A stretch of DNA of 64,000 bases, from NCBI RefSeq assembly GCF_009914755.1, contig NC_060930.1; one strand, 5' to 3'. Position 1 is the stretch's first letter; the number at the start of each line of letters is the position of its first letter. This stretch comes from the human T2T-CHM13v2.0 reference genome, Homo sapiens. Made by a program: the position numbers and the translations under genes. The notes beneath the pieces are model-generated. The model did not search any database, was not told the origin of the DNA, and worked only from the letters and a program-made list of their open reading frames with translations. Shown here piece after piece: positions 1 to 12,021 of the stretch.

Positions 1-1802
1 AAATAGGGACTTGAGAAAGCTTTGCAGGCAGCTCTTCCTCATTTTGAGAGGATTATGCTACTCCACAGGATGTCAAGCAGCTTCACGGGACAGGAGTTTT
101 TGGTGTCTTAACAGGCTTATCATTTTCAAACCTTTGTCTGTTCCTTCTTTTTCTTCTTCTTTGATGGCAATCATAAAATATTAAAAGAGAAAATGTGGGT
201 TTAGGCCTCTTGACAACAGCATTAAACTTCACACTGTGCACACTTCACTTTAGCCAGTCCTCTCATGAGTCTTGTCGCTGGTCCTGGCTCCTTTTGAAGG
301 AGTAGTGGCAGTTGGCATACTAATCACTAGACTTTTGTTCCCTTCCTTGGAAAAGCAATGTAAGGATTACATCCCGAATTATAGTGCATCTTAAAAGCAG
401 CAAACCTTTAGAAAGACAGTTAATAAATTACTCGCACAACATTCAGTTGCAGACACACAGAGTCAGGTTTTCCACTGCAGCATCATCTCTGATGCCTGAG
501 TCATTGCTGGGAACTCAGAAGATAAATAGCAGGATGGCCTCGTAACTTTGTCGGTTTTTTTTTTTTTAAAGTTTTTCTAACTGTTTTGTTCCAGAATCAG
601 TATGTAATAAAGTTCGATTTTAATCAAGGCACCCCCAGGTAACGCAGAGAAACAAACACATACAGCAAATCACTCACCTGTCCAAAGCCTGACCAACTTG
701 AAAAGAGGTTGCCTGGATACACAAGCAGGACAAAGGCAGATCCAAGGGGAGGACTGGATTTAGGTGGGATGTTCATTAGTCTCAGGGTCACTCACCTCCA
801 CTGGCTCTGCCCCAACAACCATTCCTACCCCAGCCATTTGGAGACCCAAGCAGGCATCCTCCTAAACAGCCCGTGGTTGGAGGGTCTCTTATTTTTGTAA
901 GAAAAGAGCCTTAAGAACAACCAAATGTTACTGTACTGTGCAAACACTCTTCCTTGCTGTTCACTCACTTTTCTTTTTCCTAAAAGGCGTGGGGTTGACA
1001 GAGGGATCCCAGGGAAAAGAGACAGGCTAGGTTTTAAAATTCCACTTGAGGCCGTTTGGATTCTGGTCCCCAGCAAGTCCTCCCTTTGAATCAACCCAGA
1101 AATAATTTTGACAAGCACATAGTTCTGAATAGGAAAAGACACACACACATCACATGAACAACTGCACGAAGCTAGTCACTGTTCATGGTGGATTATGAAT
1201 GAAATAACTTGTGAGAAATCTCTATGAAATTGGAAGATGGTTTTTAGAGCAGTGTTTTTAACCAGTTCCCATGGCAGAAGTTAGGTTGGGGGAAGAGGAA
1301 GAAAAGCAAGGCAGGGGTGGGTGGGAGGAAGGTGAGGTCTGAGTTAGGGTGGAGAGAAATAAAGAGGCCCCGCCCCTGCTAGAAATGGCTGCCAAACAGG
1401 TCTGGGCTACTGAACCACAGAAACCTGAGGAAATGGATGGAATGTGGTCAAGACTACCAGTTGCACATGAGTTGTTACCAGGGTAAACCTCATGCCAAGA
1501 AGCTGGGTTGGACCTGGTTATGATATGAGCAGAAAGTGTTCTTTTTTTAAAAGAAGAGGAGAGGTCACTTGGAAAGGCAACAATAGAGTTAAAAAGCAAA
1601 ATACTGTCAGCTGACTCCACTGTAACACACGCCTGCGAAGTATCACGTGATTCACATTGAGTTTATATTCTCACTGTCACCAGTTTTCCACAAAGGCAAA
1701 CCTCATGGTGAAGCACAGAACTGTCCTAGTAGGCCAAGAAATTCCAACAACCATAACAAAAACCAGCAGCTCCAACACAGAGCTTTATCAAGATCTGTTT
1801 CA

Positions 1803-1803
<1 letters not shown>

Positions 1804-1852
<49 letters not shown>
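1804..1852. repeat. (AC)~24 microsatellite, read as (UG)n in the mRNA
   Basis: Direct reading. Confidence 0.97.
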
Positions 1853-1856
<4 letters not shown>

Positions 1857-1915
1857 AGAAAAAACAAAAACCCAGAGGCAGGTTTTAAAAGTGGAACTGT
1901 TTAAAAAGAAAAGCC

Positions 1916-1941
1916 TTTTTTTTTTTTTTTTTTTTTTTTTT
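1916..1941. repeat. T26 homopolymer (A26 in the mRNA)
   Basis: Direct reading. Confidence 0.95.
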
Positions 1942-3230
1942 ATCCTACTGCATGAACTGACAAATTTCTGGCATTCATACATATTTAAACATTTAGTGCT
2001 AATATTTGTACAGAAAAAAGTTAATAATACTAAAACATATGTTACTATGATTTCACTTTTAGCCTACATCATATACTAATTTCCCCTTTTACATGCAGCT
2101 TTAATATTGTCCAAACAATGGCACAAATAAAGAAACAAAGTCAACCATCTATTCCCCACTGCCCACCACCCCATCCCCACATCAAACCGTTCAGGACTCT
2201 CTTCCCCAGCCGGGCTGGAGTGGCCCTCGGGCTGCTCAGTGAGACCCGGACCCAAGGCCACTGGAGCGAGGGAGCTGATTCCTCCTCCTCTGGGGCACAC
2301 CTTCCTGTAAACGTGGCTGGGGCCAACACGGCCCCAGAGCCAAGGGAAGCTGCTCTCTCTGGGTTGCAAGCCAACCAGTTTTGCAGCAAGAAGAGAAAAT
2401 TATCATCAGGTGAGGGTAGGGTATGTGTGTGATTCGGGAAGGGGACAGGGAGGGTTCCCGGTGATAGCTTGTCCAAAGCCTCAGAATGAAGTCTGCCTTC
2501 AGACAAGACACTGGCAGAAAAACCTCAGAAGAAAACTCCAAGCCTTTGGAGAAGGAAAGGAGAAAGAATGTGTCAGCCTGTGTCAGGGATGGATCGCAGA
2601 TGCCAGGATGCCCTGCTCTCTCCCAATGGGGTGAAGGCAGGACCTTCGGGGCTGTGATTCAAATCCCCTCAGGCCAGATGTCCTGGGAGGCCAAGCCTGG
2701 GCAGGAAAGCCAGTGGCTGGTTGGCCCCGTCCTTCAGGGGAGCAGGTCCTACTGCACAACACTTCCAAGAGCAAGCCGAGGCCTCAGGACGTGTTGAAAT
2801 GAATGGGACTTACTCCCTGGGTGAAAACTTTCTAACTTGATTTCTAGGAGCCAATGCCTGCTGAGTTCTGGTATAAAATCACGGATTCCTGTTTTTCTGA
2901 TGTACTTTTGAGTGAGATGTCCAAACTCTCTCCCCACTTAGGAATCTGAACATCCAGCATCAACTCTGAACTCTCTATCTGCGTTTAAACTTTGCTTAGG
3001 GAAAGGTGGGGAGGAGGTGAAATATAAAAATATTCAAGCAGATTATTGTCTACACATCCTAGGATGAATTCATTATTTGGCAAGATTGTTTTTCCTACAT
3101 AATTATCACCTGAGTGCTTTTTAATTAGCTAAAATGTTTTACTTTTTTAACTAAAAGCAAAGAATATACAGTATACTTGAGTTATACCGAAGTTACAACT
3201 TCATTTAAGAAAATAGGTTTGACCCAAAAC

Positions 3231-3238
3231 TCAGTGCA
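3231..3238 (-). promoter_or_regulatory. miR-148/152 8mer seed match (TGCACTGA), overlapping a miR-130/301 7mer-m8
   Basis: Plus-strand tcagtgca(a); miR-148a repression of Bach2 is established. Confidence 0.7.
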
Positions 3239-3621
3239 AGTGGCAAAGTTGACCATTACTGTACAGTATCTGCAAGGAAAACAAAAACAAAAACAAAAAC
3301 AAACAAAACCCCCCAAACAAACAAAAAACAAACCTACAATGCTCAAATGACACCACTTGGAGGTGCCAAAACCAAACCAAACGAAAAAGAAATCTGAAAT
3401 AAAACCTTGGGAAAAAGCTTCCAACACTGAATTTTGTCCATAAATAAGTACGAATTGAAAATTGAACTGTGAAGCAAGAAAAATGACCATGTTAACAGTT
3501 ACCAAACTAGTTCTAGCATCAGAGACAAAAGAAGAGGAATGTTGGAACCTGTTTCTAAATGAGAAATAAGTTTCCAGTTTTAGGATGAGAAAGTTGAGGC
3601 ATGCAGGACTTTTGCATATGG

Positions 3622-3668
3622 ATATATATATATATATATATATTTTATATATATATTATATATAATAT
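3622..3668. repeat. (TA)n / AT-only low-complexity tract in the 3'UTR
   Basis: Direct reading. Confidence 0.9.
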
Positions 3669-4092
3669 GTACAGTCTAGCTATAAAACTTTGATGTGTAT
3701 AGAAGCTGTCTTCAATGAAAAAAATTGAACATTCAGAAGAAATTCCTGAGATAGGGTTTGTGACATGGGCCACTGAGAAAAAAAATCCGTGGTTGGGGCC
3801 TAGAGGTGTTGTAGTCTATCCCTGTGAAGACTGAAATTGAGCCACAGACAGACAGTGTCATCACTGCTGTCTTTCCTTGCCTGGGCAAGGGGTAGCACCA
3901 TTGTGAAGGTAACTATCACTCCTGCTCGAGAAGAGGAGAGGATACTTCGGAACAGTATTGCTGCTAAGACCGCTGTAGTGTGCACCAAATGTGTTCTCGG
4001 TTTCTTCGGGACAGCAGATGAACAGTGCCACAGGCTGACTGAAGAACGCCTGGATGGGAGAGGTGTGCGGACTGGGAGGCAGAGCCGAGTCA

Positions 4093-4575
4093 CTAGGTAT
4101 AATCTTTCCTGGGCTGTTCGTCAGTTGTACACTTATCAGTCATTTCCTGGCAGAAGTCCACGGTCACTGTTTGGCTCCTGGGTTCAAGAGGAGGTCCTCT
4201 CTCTGAGAAGGTTCCCGGGTCAGTGCCTTCTAGTCTCCTCCCAGAGGTACAATTCTCGGAGGTGTTGCTGGGTGCCCAGGGGGGTCCGGGGGGAGCCGCG
4301 CCTGGCTCCAAGCAGCAGGGCACGTTTTCCCCCACTGCGCATTGGGAGGCCGCAATGTTCTGCTCAGCACCCAAGGGCGCAGGGTTAATACTGGAGGCCG
4401 TGGGCAAGTCCATGGGTCTGAGGACAGGGCAATACCGATGCAGGGCCTGGATCTGCTCGGGGCTCTGGATGTCTCGGCAAACTTCCTGGGAAAGGCAGGA
4501 GAAGTTGTCCAACAGTTCCCCCATGCATGCTTTCAGTTGATTCCTCTCTGACAACAGTTTCTCTTTCTCACACAC
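4093..4575 (-). CDS. BACH2: BACH2 terminal coding exon (rest of zipper, C-terminal cytoplasmic localisation signal); 160 codons plus TAG
   Basis: VCEKEKLLSERNQLK...VTVDFCQEMTDKCTTDEQPRKDYT*; acceptor TTTTTTTCTCTACTGTCCAG|GTG. 531+69+160 residues plus an 81-residue upstream exon gives the known 841 aa and puts Glu at position 788, as expected for human BACH2. Confidence 0.98.
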   Translation of the reverse strand: MCEKEKLLSERNQLKACMGELLDNFSCLSQEVCRDIQSPEQIQALHRYCPVLRPMDLPTASSINPAPLGAEQNIAASQCAVGENVPCCLEPGAAPPGPPWAPSNTSENCTSGRRLEGTDPGTFSERGPPLEPRSQTVTVDFCQEMTDKCTTDEQPRKDYT

Positions 4576-4989
4576 CTGGACAGTAGAGAAAAAAAGAGAA
4601 GGGTTGATCAAGCCTGAACTGGAGGACAGAAGGCCTCGTTTCAGGTTTTCCAGCCTTTGTTTTGCATCCTCCATTATAATGTAACTCAAGAATGACTAGG
4701 TCAGGCTCTAGAAACTTAAAGATACATATTCAGGGGGCCCAGACACAGGCTTCTGCCACACCTTCCATCTGATGCCAACACCTTCCCCAGGACATCTCTT
4801 CATCCCTCTCCAAGGCCCGGGCAAACAACCGGCAAAATCGTCACGAATCAGAAAACTTCAGAGTCAATGTTTTGGTTTCCTGGAATTTGGGGTTTGTAGA
4901 GAGTTAAATGAAAAACTCTCAGTCCCAATCTTGTGACTGAAAATCTCCCCCAAATGTATCAGGTTGCCATTTTTGAAAGGCAAAAATCT

Positions 4990-5387
4990 ACCATTCCAAC
5001 CGTATGACATTTCGAAAAAAGCAAAACTATGGAAGCAGTAAAAAGATCTGTGGTTGCTAGGGGTAAAAGGGGTTGAACAGGTGGAGCACAGAGGATTTGG
5101 GGGCAGTGAAGCCACTCTGTATGACACTATACTGGTGGATCCATGTCATTATACATTTGTCCAAAACCATAGAACGTGCAACACCGAGAGTGAACTCTAA
5201 TGCAAACTATGGACTTGGGTGATAATGATGTGTCAGTGTAGGTTCACTGACTAACACATGTACCACTTTGTGGGGGATGCTGACAGTGGGGGAGGCTGTG
5301 TGTGTGGGAACAGGACCATATGGAAACTCTCTGTATAGTGTGTTCAGTTTTGCTGTGAACCTAAAACTGCTCCTAAAAAAGTAAGTC
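4990..5387 (+). mobile_element. Old L1M (L1MC/MD-like) 3' end fragment
   Basis: Typical L1M 3'UTR motifs: gcaaaactatggaagcagtaaaaagatc-gtggttgctagggg, tgtaccactttgtgggggatgctgacagtggggg, ctgtgaacctaaaactgct. Confidence 0.75.
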
Positions 5388-5388
5388 A

Positions 5389-5690
5389 GGCTGGGTGCAG
5401 TGGCTCCCACCTATAATCCCAACACTATGGAAGGCCAAGTTGTGCGGATCGCTTGAGCTCAGGAGTTTGAGACCAGCTTGGGGAACATGGCAAAACCCCT
5501 TCTCTACAAAAAAATACAAAAATTAGCCAGGTGTGGTGGCACACGCCTGTAGTTTCAGCTTCTTGGGAGGCTGAGGTGGGAGGATCACTTGTGCCCGGGT
5601 GGTGGAAGCTGCAGTGAGCGAGATGGTGCCACAGCACTCACCCTGGGTGATACAGTGAGACCCTGTCTCCCCACACCAAAAAAAAAGTTT
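5389..5690 (+). mobile_element. Alu (AluJ-like)
   Basis: Dimeric Alu consensus with A-rich linker and tail. Confidence 0.93.
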
Positions 5691-6064
5691 ATTAAAAAAA
5701 AAGACAAAAAAAAAGTCATCAACAATTTCCTGTCGTTGCCTAACATACGGAGTTTCATATAGAACCCAGTATCAGCAGGCTCTCTGGCCTTGGTAGCAGA
5801 GCAGACTGAACAGGAGGGACCCTCCCTAGGACAGCTGGGAAAAGTGCAGTCTGGAGCAGCGATTCTCCCCGACTTGGGAAGGGAGAAGTAAGGATGGAGC
5901 CTGAACCCTTGAGTACCAGCCCAAGGTTCTGAGATGTTCTTCTCCTTAAACAAAATCCTACACATGCTCCTGTGTTACTGAAATTCACCATCCCAATAGA
6001 GAGGTGACTTCAGCAGCAGACTGGAGACTAATTAAGGTTTTACCATCAACATTTGTGAGAAGGG

Positions 6065-6363
6065 GGCTGGGCATGGTGGGTCATGCCTGTAATCCCAGCA
6101 CTTTGCGGCTGAGATGGGCAGATCACTTGAGGTCAGGAGTTCGAGACCAGCCTGGCCAACATGGTGAAACCCTGTCTTTACTAAAAATACAAAAAATTAG
6201 CTGGGTGTGTTGGTGCATGCTTATAATCCCAGCTACTTAGGCGGCTGGGACATGAGAATTGCTTGAATCCGGGAGGTGGAGGTTGCAGTGAGCCGAGATT
6301 GCACCACTGCACTCCAGTCTGGGCGACAGAGCGAGACTTTGTCTCAAAAAAAAGAAAAAAAAA
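6065..6363 (+). mobile_element. Alu (AluS-like)
   Basis: Full dimer with A tail. Confidence 0.95.
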
Positions 6364-8000
6364 TTGCGTGAGGGTGAGGGGAGGAGATGGGGTTCCATGA
6401 GGCACACACAATGAAGTGGATGAAGAAAAGGGGCATCTGAAGCAGCATGAAGTCAGTTCTCACCAACCCTTTGCAAGCACAGGCAGGAGAAGAGGACGGG
6501 AGAGAAAATGAAGAGGAGAAAGGGAGGAGCAGGCATGCGACACGCACAAGGAACAGGTCTCCGACACGGGAGCTGCATGTGCCGTAACATGAATGCAATC
6601 TGGCAGGCGGCGTGGGCATGTGTGTCGGAAAGAGAGATTTACACCGGGAAAGGGCACCTCCTAAAATATTTATAAATTTATCAAGAAAATATGTTTTAAA
6701 AATGAAAAATAAACAGATGTACAAGTGCAACTTGAGAGAAATACATTATGCGAGTTTGCAACAGCTGAGTGGCGGGTGTGTGGGAGACGGCGTGGGAGTG
6801 GGGAGTGAGTGCAGGGCCTGCTGGGGACCGGGCAGGGCAGGGAGGGACTTGGGGAGAGGTGGAAGCTGCTCCGCCCACCAGCGCCATCCCTGTCAGGACA
6901 TAGCATCCTCACCACAGGGTGGCAGATAAGAAACAAAACACATCTGGGATGTCTCCTTAGGGAAAAAACTTATATGGGTGGCTGTGCAACCTGGAGCTCT
7001 CCCCTTTTAGTACAGAAATCTGCAATGTGAGGGGCAATACTGCTTGGGCGCTGGGAGAGGAACCCCAGGATCATTCTGCCACATTACCCCGGCCAAAGCA
7101 CGGACCCCTCCAGGCCTACTCATCTGTTAAATGTTCCAGGCCACTTTCTAGGGGGAAGAAAATGAGGTGCCGCGTGTGACAGCAGCAGGGGAAGGCATTG
7201 CAAATCATGCCTTGGTTAAAACCATGAAGCTCTCAGTCACAGACGTACACTGATGAATGTGTTCTTATTCGGCACTGAAACACAACGTGTTATTTAAGGG
7301 GATGCCAAAAAGTGGTTGGAGAACTAGATGATGCTCTAATTTGGTTTTTTGGTTGAAAAATGCTAGCAAAGCGCTTTAGATATCTGCCTGGTCTGTGGCT
7401 TGGAATTTATTTGTTCAGTATCACAAAATTACACTAAGCAGAATGCAAATTACCAAAACCAGGCATTTCTCAAATGTGGGTGACTGAAGTTATTTTACTA
7501 CCTTAAGAGGAGTGCAGGGCACTATAGACATGTGCCTAGGCCCCTGTAGACTCACACCCAGTGGACTTAACTACCTAAGCCCAGCAGGCTTTCAGAAGAC
7601 CCACACTCACCAGCAGGAATGTCGTCTCCTTATGTGATTTAAATTAAATTTTGTTGTTTAACGACATTAAACATGTTAAAGCAATATTTGAAAGAAAGAA
7701 GAAACTCATAATCCCCTGAACTGAATAGTCACAATGTCCAGCGAATTTTAGGGCAATAGACATTTTCTGGGCGCCAGCAATGGGTCCAACACTGGATATT
7801 CAGAGATGATCAAGTCACTGTCCTTGTCCTTGAGGAACTGACAGTTGAGGGCTGGGGAGACAGACAAATGTATAGATAACTCAAGAGTAAGTGATAAGCA
7901 CTAAGCCAGAGGTCAGATCAGGCTTCCACAGGCAGGTGCCCAGCCTAACTGGGGACTCAGGAAAGGGGCTTCCTAGAGAGGTGATGCATAACCTGACTCA

Positions 8001-8128
8001 TTCATTCATTTAGAGATGGGGTCTTGCTATATTGCCCAGGCTAGTCTCAAACTTGTGGCCTCAAGTGATCCTCCTGCCTCAGCCTCCCAAAGTACTGCGA
8101 TTACAGGTGTGAGCCATGGTGCCCAGCC
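8001..8128 (-). mobile_element. FLAM / Alu left monomer inside an L2-like remnant (about 7760-8260)
   Basis: Monomer consensus; flanking near-direct repeats ataacctgactc / atgacctgactc. Confidence 0.85.
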
Positions 8129-8994
8129 ATGACCTGACTCTTAAAGAACAAAGGAGATAGAAAAAGTGGAGGAATGTCCAAGGCAGAGAGGAAATGGCAT
8201 AGGCACAAGTGCAGAGTTTGATTTTATCAGGGATCAAGTCCTAGGAAGGGAGTGGATGGTGACACTGGAGAGGTAGCTACAGACTGGAACACAAATGGCA
8301 GGAGATATCCTACTAAGAAGCTTGGACTTTCTTTGTTGGTGATGGGAGCTGCTAAACACAGACATTTTCCCTGGTGGTGAGTGTCAAAGAAACCCACAAA
8401 ACAACAACAACAACAATAACAAAAAACCCTGACGTCCAGGGCTATCTTGATAACATATAACATCCTGTGCTTTTCTAACATTTCATCCTTGTGCTTTCGT
8501 TCTCATTAGCTGGTGGCTCACCATGAGGCCAGGAGGTGCTGCAAACAGTCTGAGGAGCCACACTTAGATCATGACCATACCATGTGGCCTCCCTCTTCTT
8601 CAGCCTGACACAGACATGGCACCTGAGATGAGTTTCTGTTATTTGGTGGCAGAAAGGTGGAGCTGAAGGAGGTTGAGTTGGTTGTCTTCAAAGCTACAGT
8701 CAGGAGCCAGAGGTCACCTGGATTTACTTTCTGTAGTTTATGGTTGCTTATCAAGGAGAAGGGGCGGGGGCACATAGCTCTGAGTATGGGGGAGCCTGGG
8801 AGACGGGAGTTTGTTTTCTGTGACAAAACACTCTCAGGCACAGGGATGGCGATGACAGCCACCTTGAGGCAGAATTGCAAAAGAAAGGACCCTGGGCCTG
8901 CAAAGAATGTCAGGAGATCATCTCCTGAGCAATGGCCCCTCTGCAGGTAGGCGTCCTATCTCTATTCCATTCTCTTCTGCCAGGAGGCAGGAGA

Positions 8995-9517
<523 letters not shown>

Positions 9518-9830
9518 AACATCAGTTATTTTCACATGTTGGATGGAAAATAAAAAATAACTACCTCTATATGAATAATGACTGAAGGATATAAAATATT
9601 GACACACTATTACACACCTGCGCGCATGCATGCGCGTGCAGACACACAAACACACACACACACACGCACAGATGTAAAGCTATTATTTCTGTTGAGAAAC
9701 TTCTTAAAAAATAAACCCAAACTTCCCCAAAGGGTGACCCTTCTGTCTACTTTTCCAACTTTCATTGCTGTTACTTTACATTAGTCCTGGTCACTTCAGG
9801 TTGCTGATCACAATGGATGGGTCAACTCAC

Positions 9831-10037
9831 CAATTTGCGGATTTCACATTCTAAATTCTGAATACAGTCCAGTTTCCTTTTGCGGCAGCGCTGGGCCGCG
9901 ATGCGGTTCTTGCTGCGCCGTCGGACATCATGAATAAACTCTAACTGTTCTGAGGTTAGCTTGTGCATTTTAATCATCATCTGGAAATCGTTCCTTGGAA
10001 GATCTGTGATTTGATCTACAGGAAAAGGAAGTTTTAC
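9831..10037 (-). CDS. BACH2: BACH2 CNC-basic-leucine zipper exon; 207 bp, 69 codons, phase 0/0 (not shown in this frame in the ORF track)
   Basis: Manual translation [69 protein letters not shown]; acceptor TTCTTGGTTTCAG|GTA; donor TTG|GTGAGT. Confidence 0.98.
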
Positions 10038-10749
10038 CTGAAACCAAGAATAACAGAAAATGATTATGGCAGCTGGATTTTAATTCTGGCAGGCGGAACA
10101 TCAAAAATGATAAAACCTCCTTTTTATGATGACCAAGTAATATGGAAACTACTGAAAGCAAGCAGTGATTACTTATTTCCTGTTTAAAGACAGATAAGAT
10201 GTAATAATACCTGGATAATCAAACAGAATAAGAACACATATATTGCAATGTTATTGTCTCTGAGATTTTTGAAGCAAATGACATGAACAATATTGGAAAA
10301 TGTGTCATTTTTCATTGATGTAGCACTTTTGTAAGAAAGATTCTAGTTAGTTGAAATGTACTTCCATAAGACCTACAGCCTAACTCAATAAAATGACAAG
10401 TTATAGGGAGATACCACATAAGGACATATCTAAAGCCCCTGAATGAAGAGAGCCCCATGTATCCTGAAAATGCTGGAGACACAAAAAACCCAGTGTGATT
10501 CTTAGTTACAATAGCATATGGGAGATAGGAGGAGATAACTTGGATAGGCTTCACTAGCATATAGTAGGAGTCAAAAGAACCGGGCTTTCATCCTTCTCAC
10601 CAGACATGAGACCTCAGGCTAGCTACTCCACCTCTCTGAGATTCAATTTCCTCATCTGAAAAATAGGGCATTTTAAAAAAGCCGTACAGTGCTATACAAG
10701 TGTTGGGCACTTTGGGAATTTATTTTCCAATTTTACAATGAAATGTTGA

Positions 10750-11190
10750 CATTCCTTTATCAAAAGGTGAGATGCATTTTTCCTGCCTTTTGACCAACAG
10801 AATGCAGCAGTAGTAATGGTGTATAGTTTCTGAGGCTAGGTCGAAAATTAGCTGCCATGCCTCGAGGACATTCAAGCAGCTCTGTGGAGAGGCCCATGTG
10901 GAGAGGGGCTGATGCCTCTAGTCAACAACCAGCATCACCTTGCCAGTCATGTGAACAAGCCACCCTGGAAAGATTCTCTAGCCCCAGTCAAACCTTCAGT
11001 TGAGTGTAGCCCCAGCCAACATCTGACTTCACCTTATGAGAGATCTTCAGCCCAAACTGCTCAGATGGGCAACTCCTGAATTCCTGACTCACATTCACAT
11101 TTCTCATAGAAACTGTAAGAGGTGTTAAGTGATTACTATTGTTTTAGGTCATTAAGTTTTGGGGTGATTTATTATGCAACAATAGACATT
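10750..11190 (+). mobile_element. MLT1-type (MaLR) LTR remnant
   Basis: Motifs ggagaggcccatgtggagagggg, gccccagtcaaaccttcag, gccaacatctgact, taagttttggggtgatttattatgcaacaatag. Confidence 0.75.
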
Positions 11191-11340
11191 GGATGCAGGT
11201 ACTTGTCAGCAAAATTCCAAATCTTGACAAATTCCAATTCTTGACAAATCAAGGCAAATAAGCATTATCTAAAGCGAGGACAGCAGTCTCCTGAAGGATG
11301 GGTTTGTATCCTTACTATGTTGTTAAATGATTGCTTATAT

Positions 11341-11685
11341 TTCTTTTTTTTTTTTTTTTTTTTTTTTTTTGAGACAGGGTCTTGCTCTGTTACTCAGGCT
11401 GGAGTGGAGTGTTATGATCACAGCTCACTGTAGCCTTAACCTCCTGGGCTCAAGCAATCCTCTTGCCTTGGCCTCCCAAGTAGCTGGGACAACCCTGCCC
11501 AGTTAATTAAATTTTTTTTTTTTTTTTTTGTAGAGATGAGGTCTTGCGCCACAGAGAAGGGGAAAAAAAGAGATGAAGTCTCACAATGTTGCCCAGGCTG
11601 GTTTCAAACTCCTGGGCTCAAGTGATTCTCCCTACTCAGCCTCCCAAAGTGTTGGTATTACAGGTGGGAGCCACTATTCCTGGCC
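11341..11685 (-). mobile_element. Alu (AluJ-like) with internal rearrangement
   Basis: Alu consensus interrupted at about 11545-11570. Confidence 0.88.
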
Positions 11686-11698
11686 TGAAATATTTCTT

Positions 11699-12021
<323 letters not shown>

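Larger units (their letters stand above)
1..4092 (-). other. BACH2: BACH2 3'UTR (partial, continues past the left edge)
   Basis: Follows the stop codon; no interspersed repeats recognised; AU-rich blocks and miRNA seed matches; no sense AATAAA seen by eye; BACH2 is known to have a long 3'UTR. Confidence 0.85.

Noticed and set aside
3837-4540. Plus-strand ORFs of 183 and 105 aa over the last exon
   Set aside because: Non-ATG starts; antisense shadows of GC-rich coding sequence; no recognisable protein
4576-4689. N-terminal part of ORF 4093..4689 (MSYIIMED...)
   Set aside because: Intronic: it runs through the polypyrimidine tract and acceptor; real coding starts at 4575
6480-6640. Faint resemblance to the EEEDEEEE-coding part of the large exon
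   Set aside because: Only purine-rich low-complexity similarity, not collinear; not a duplicated exon
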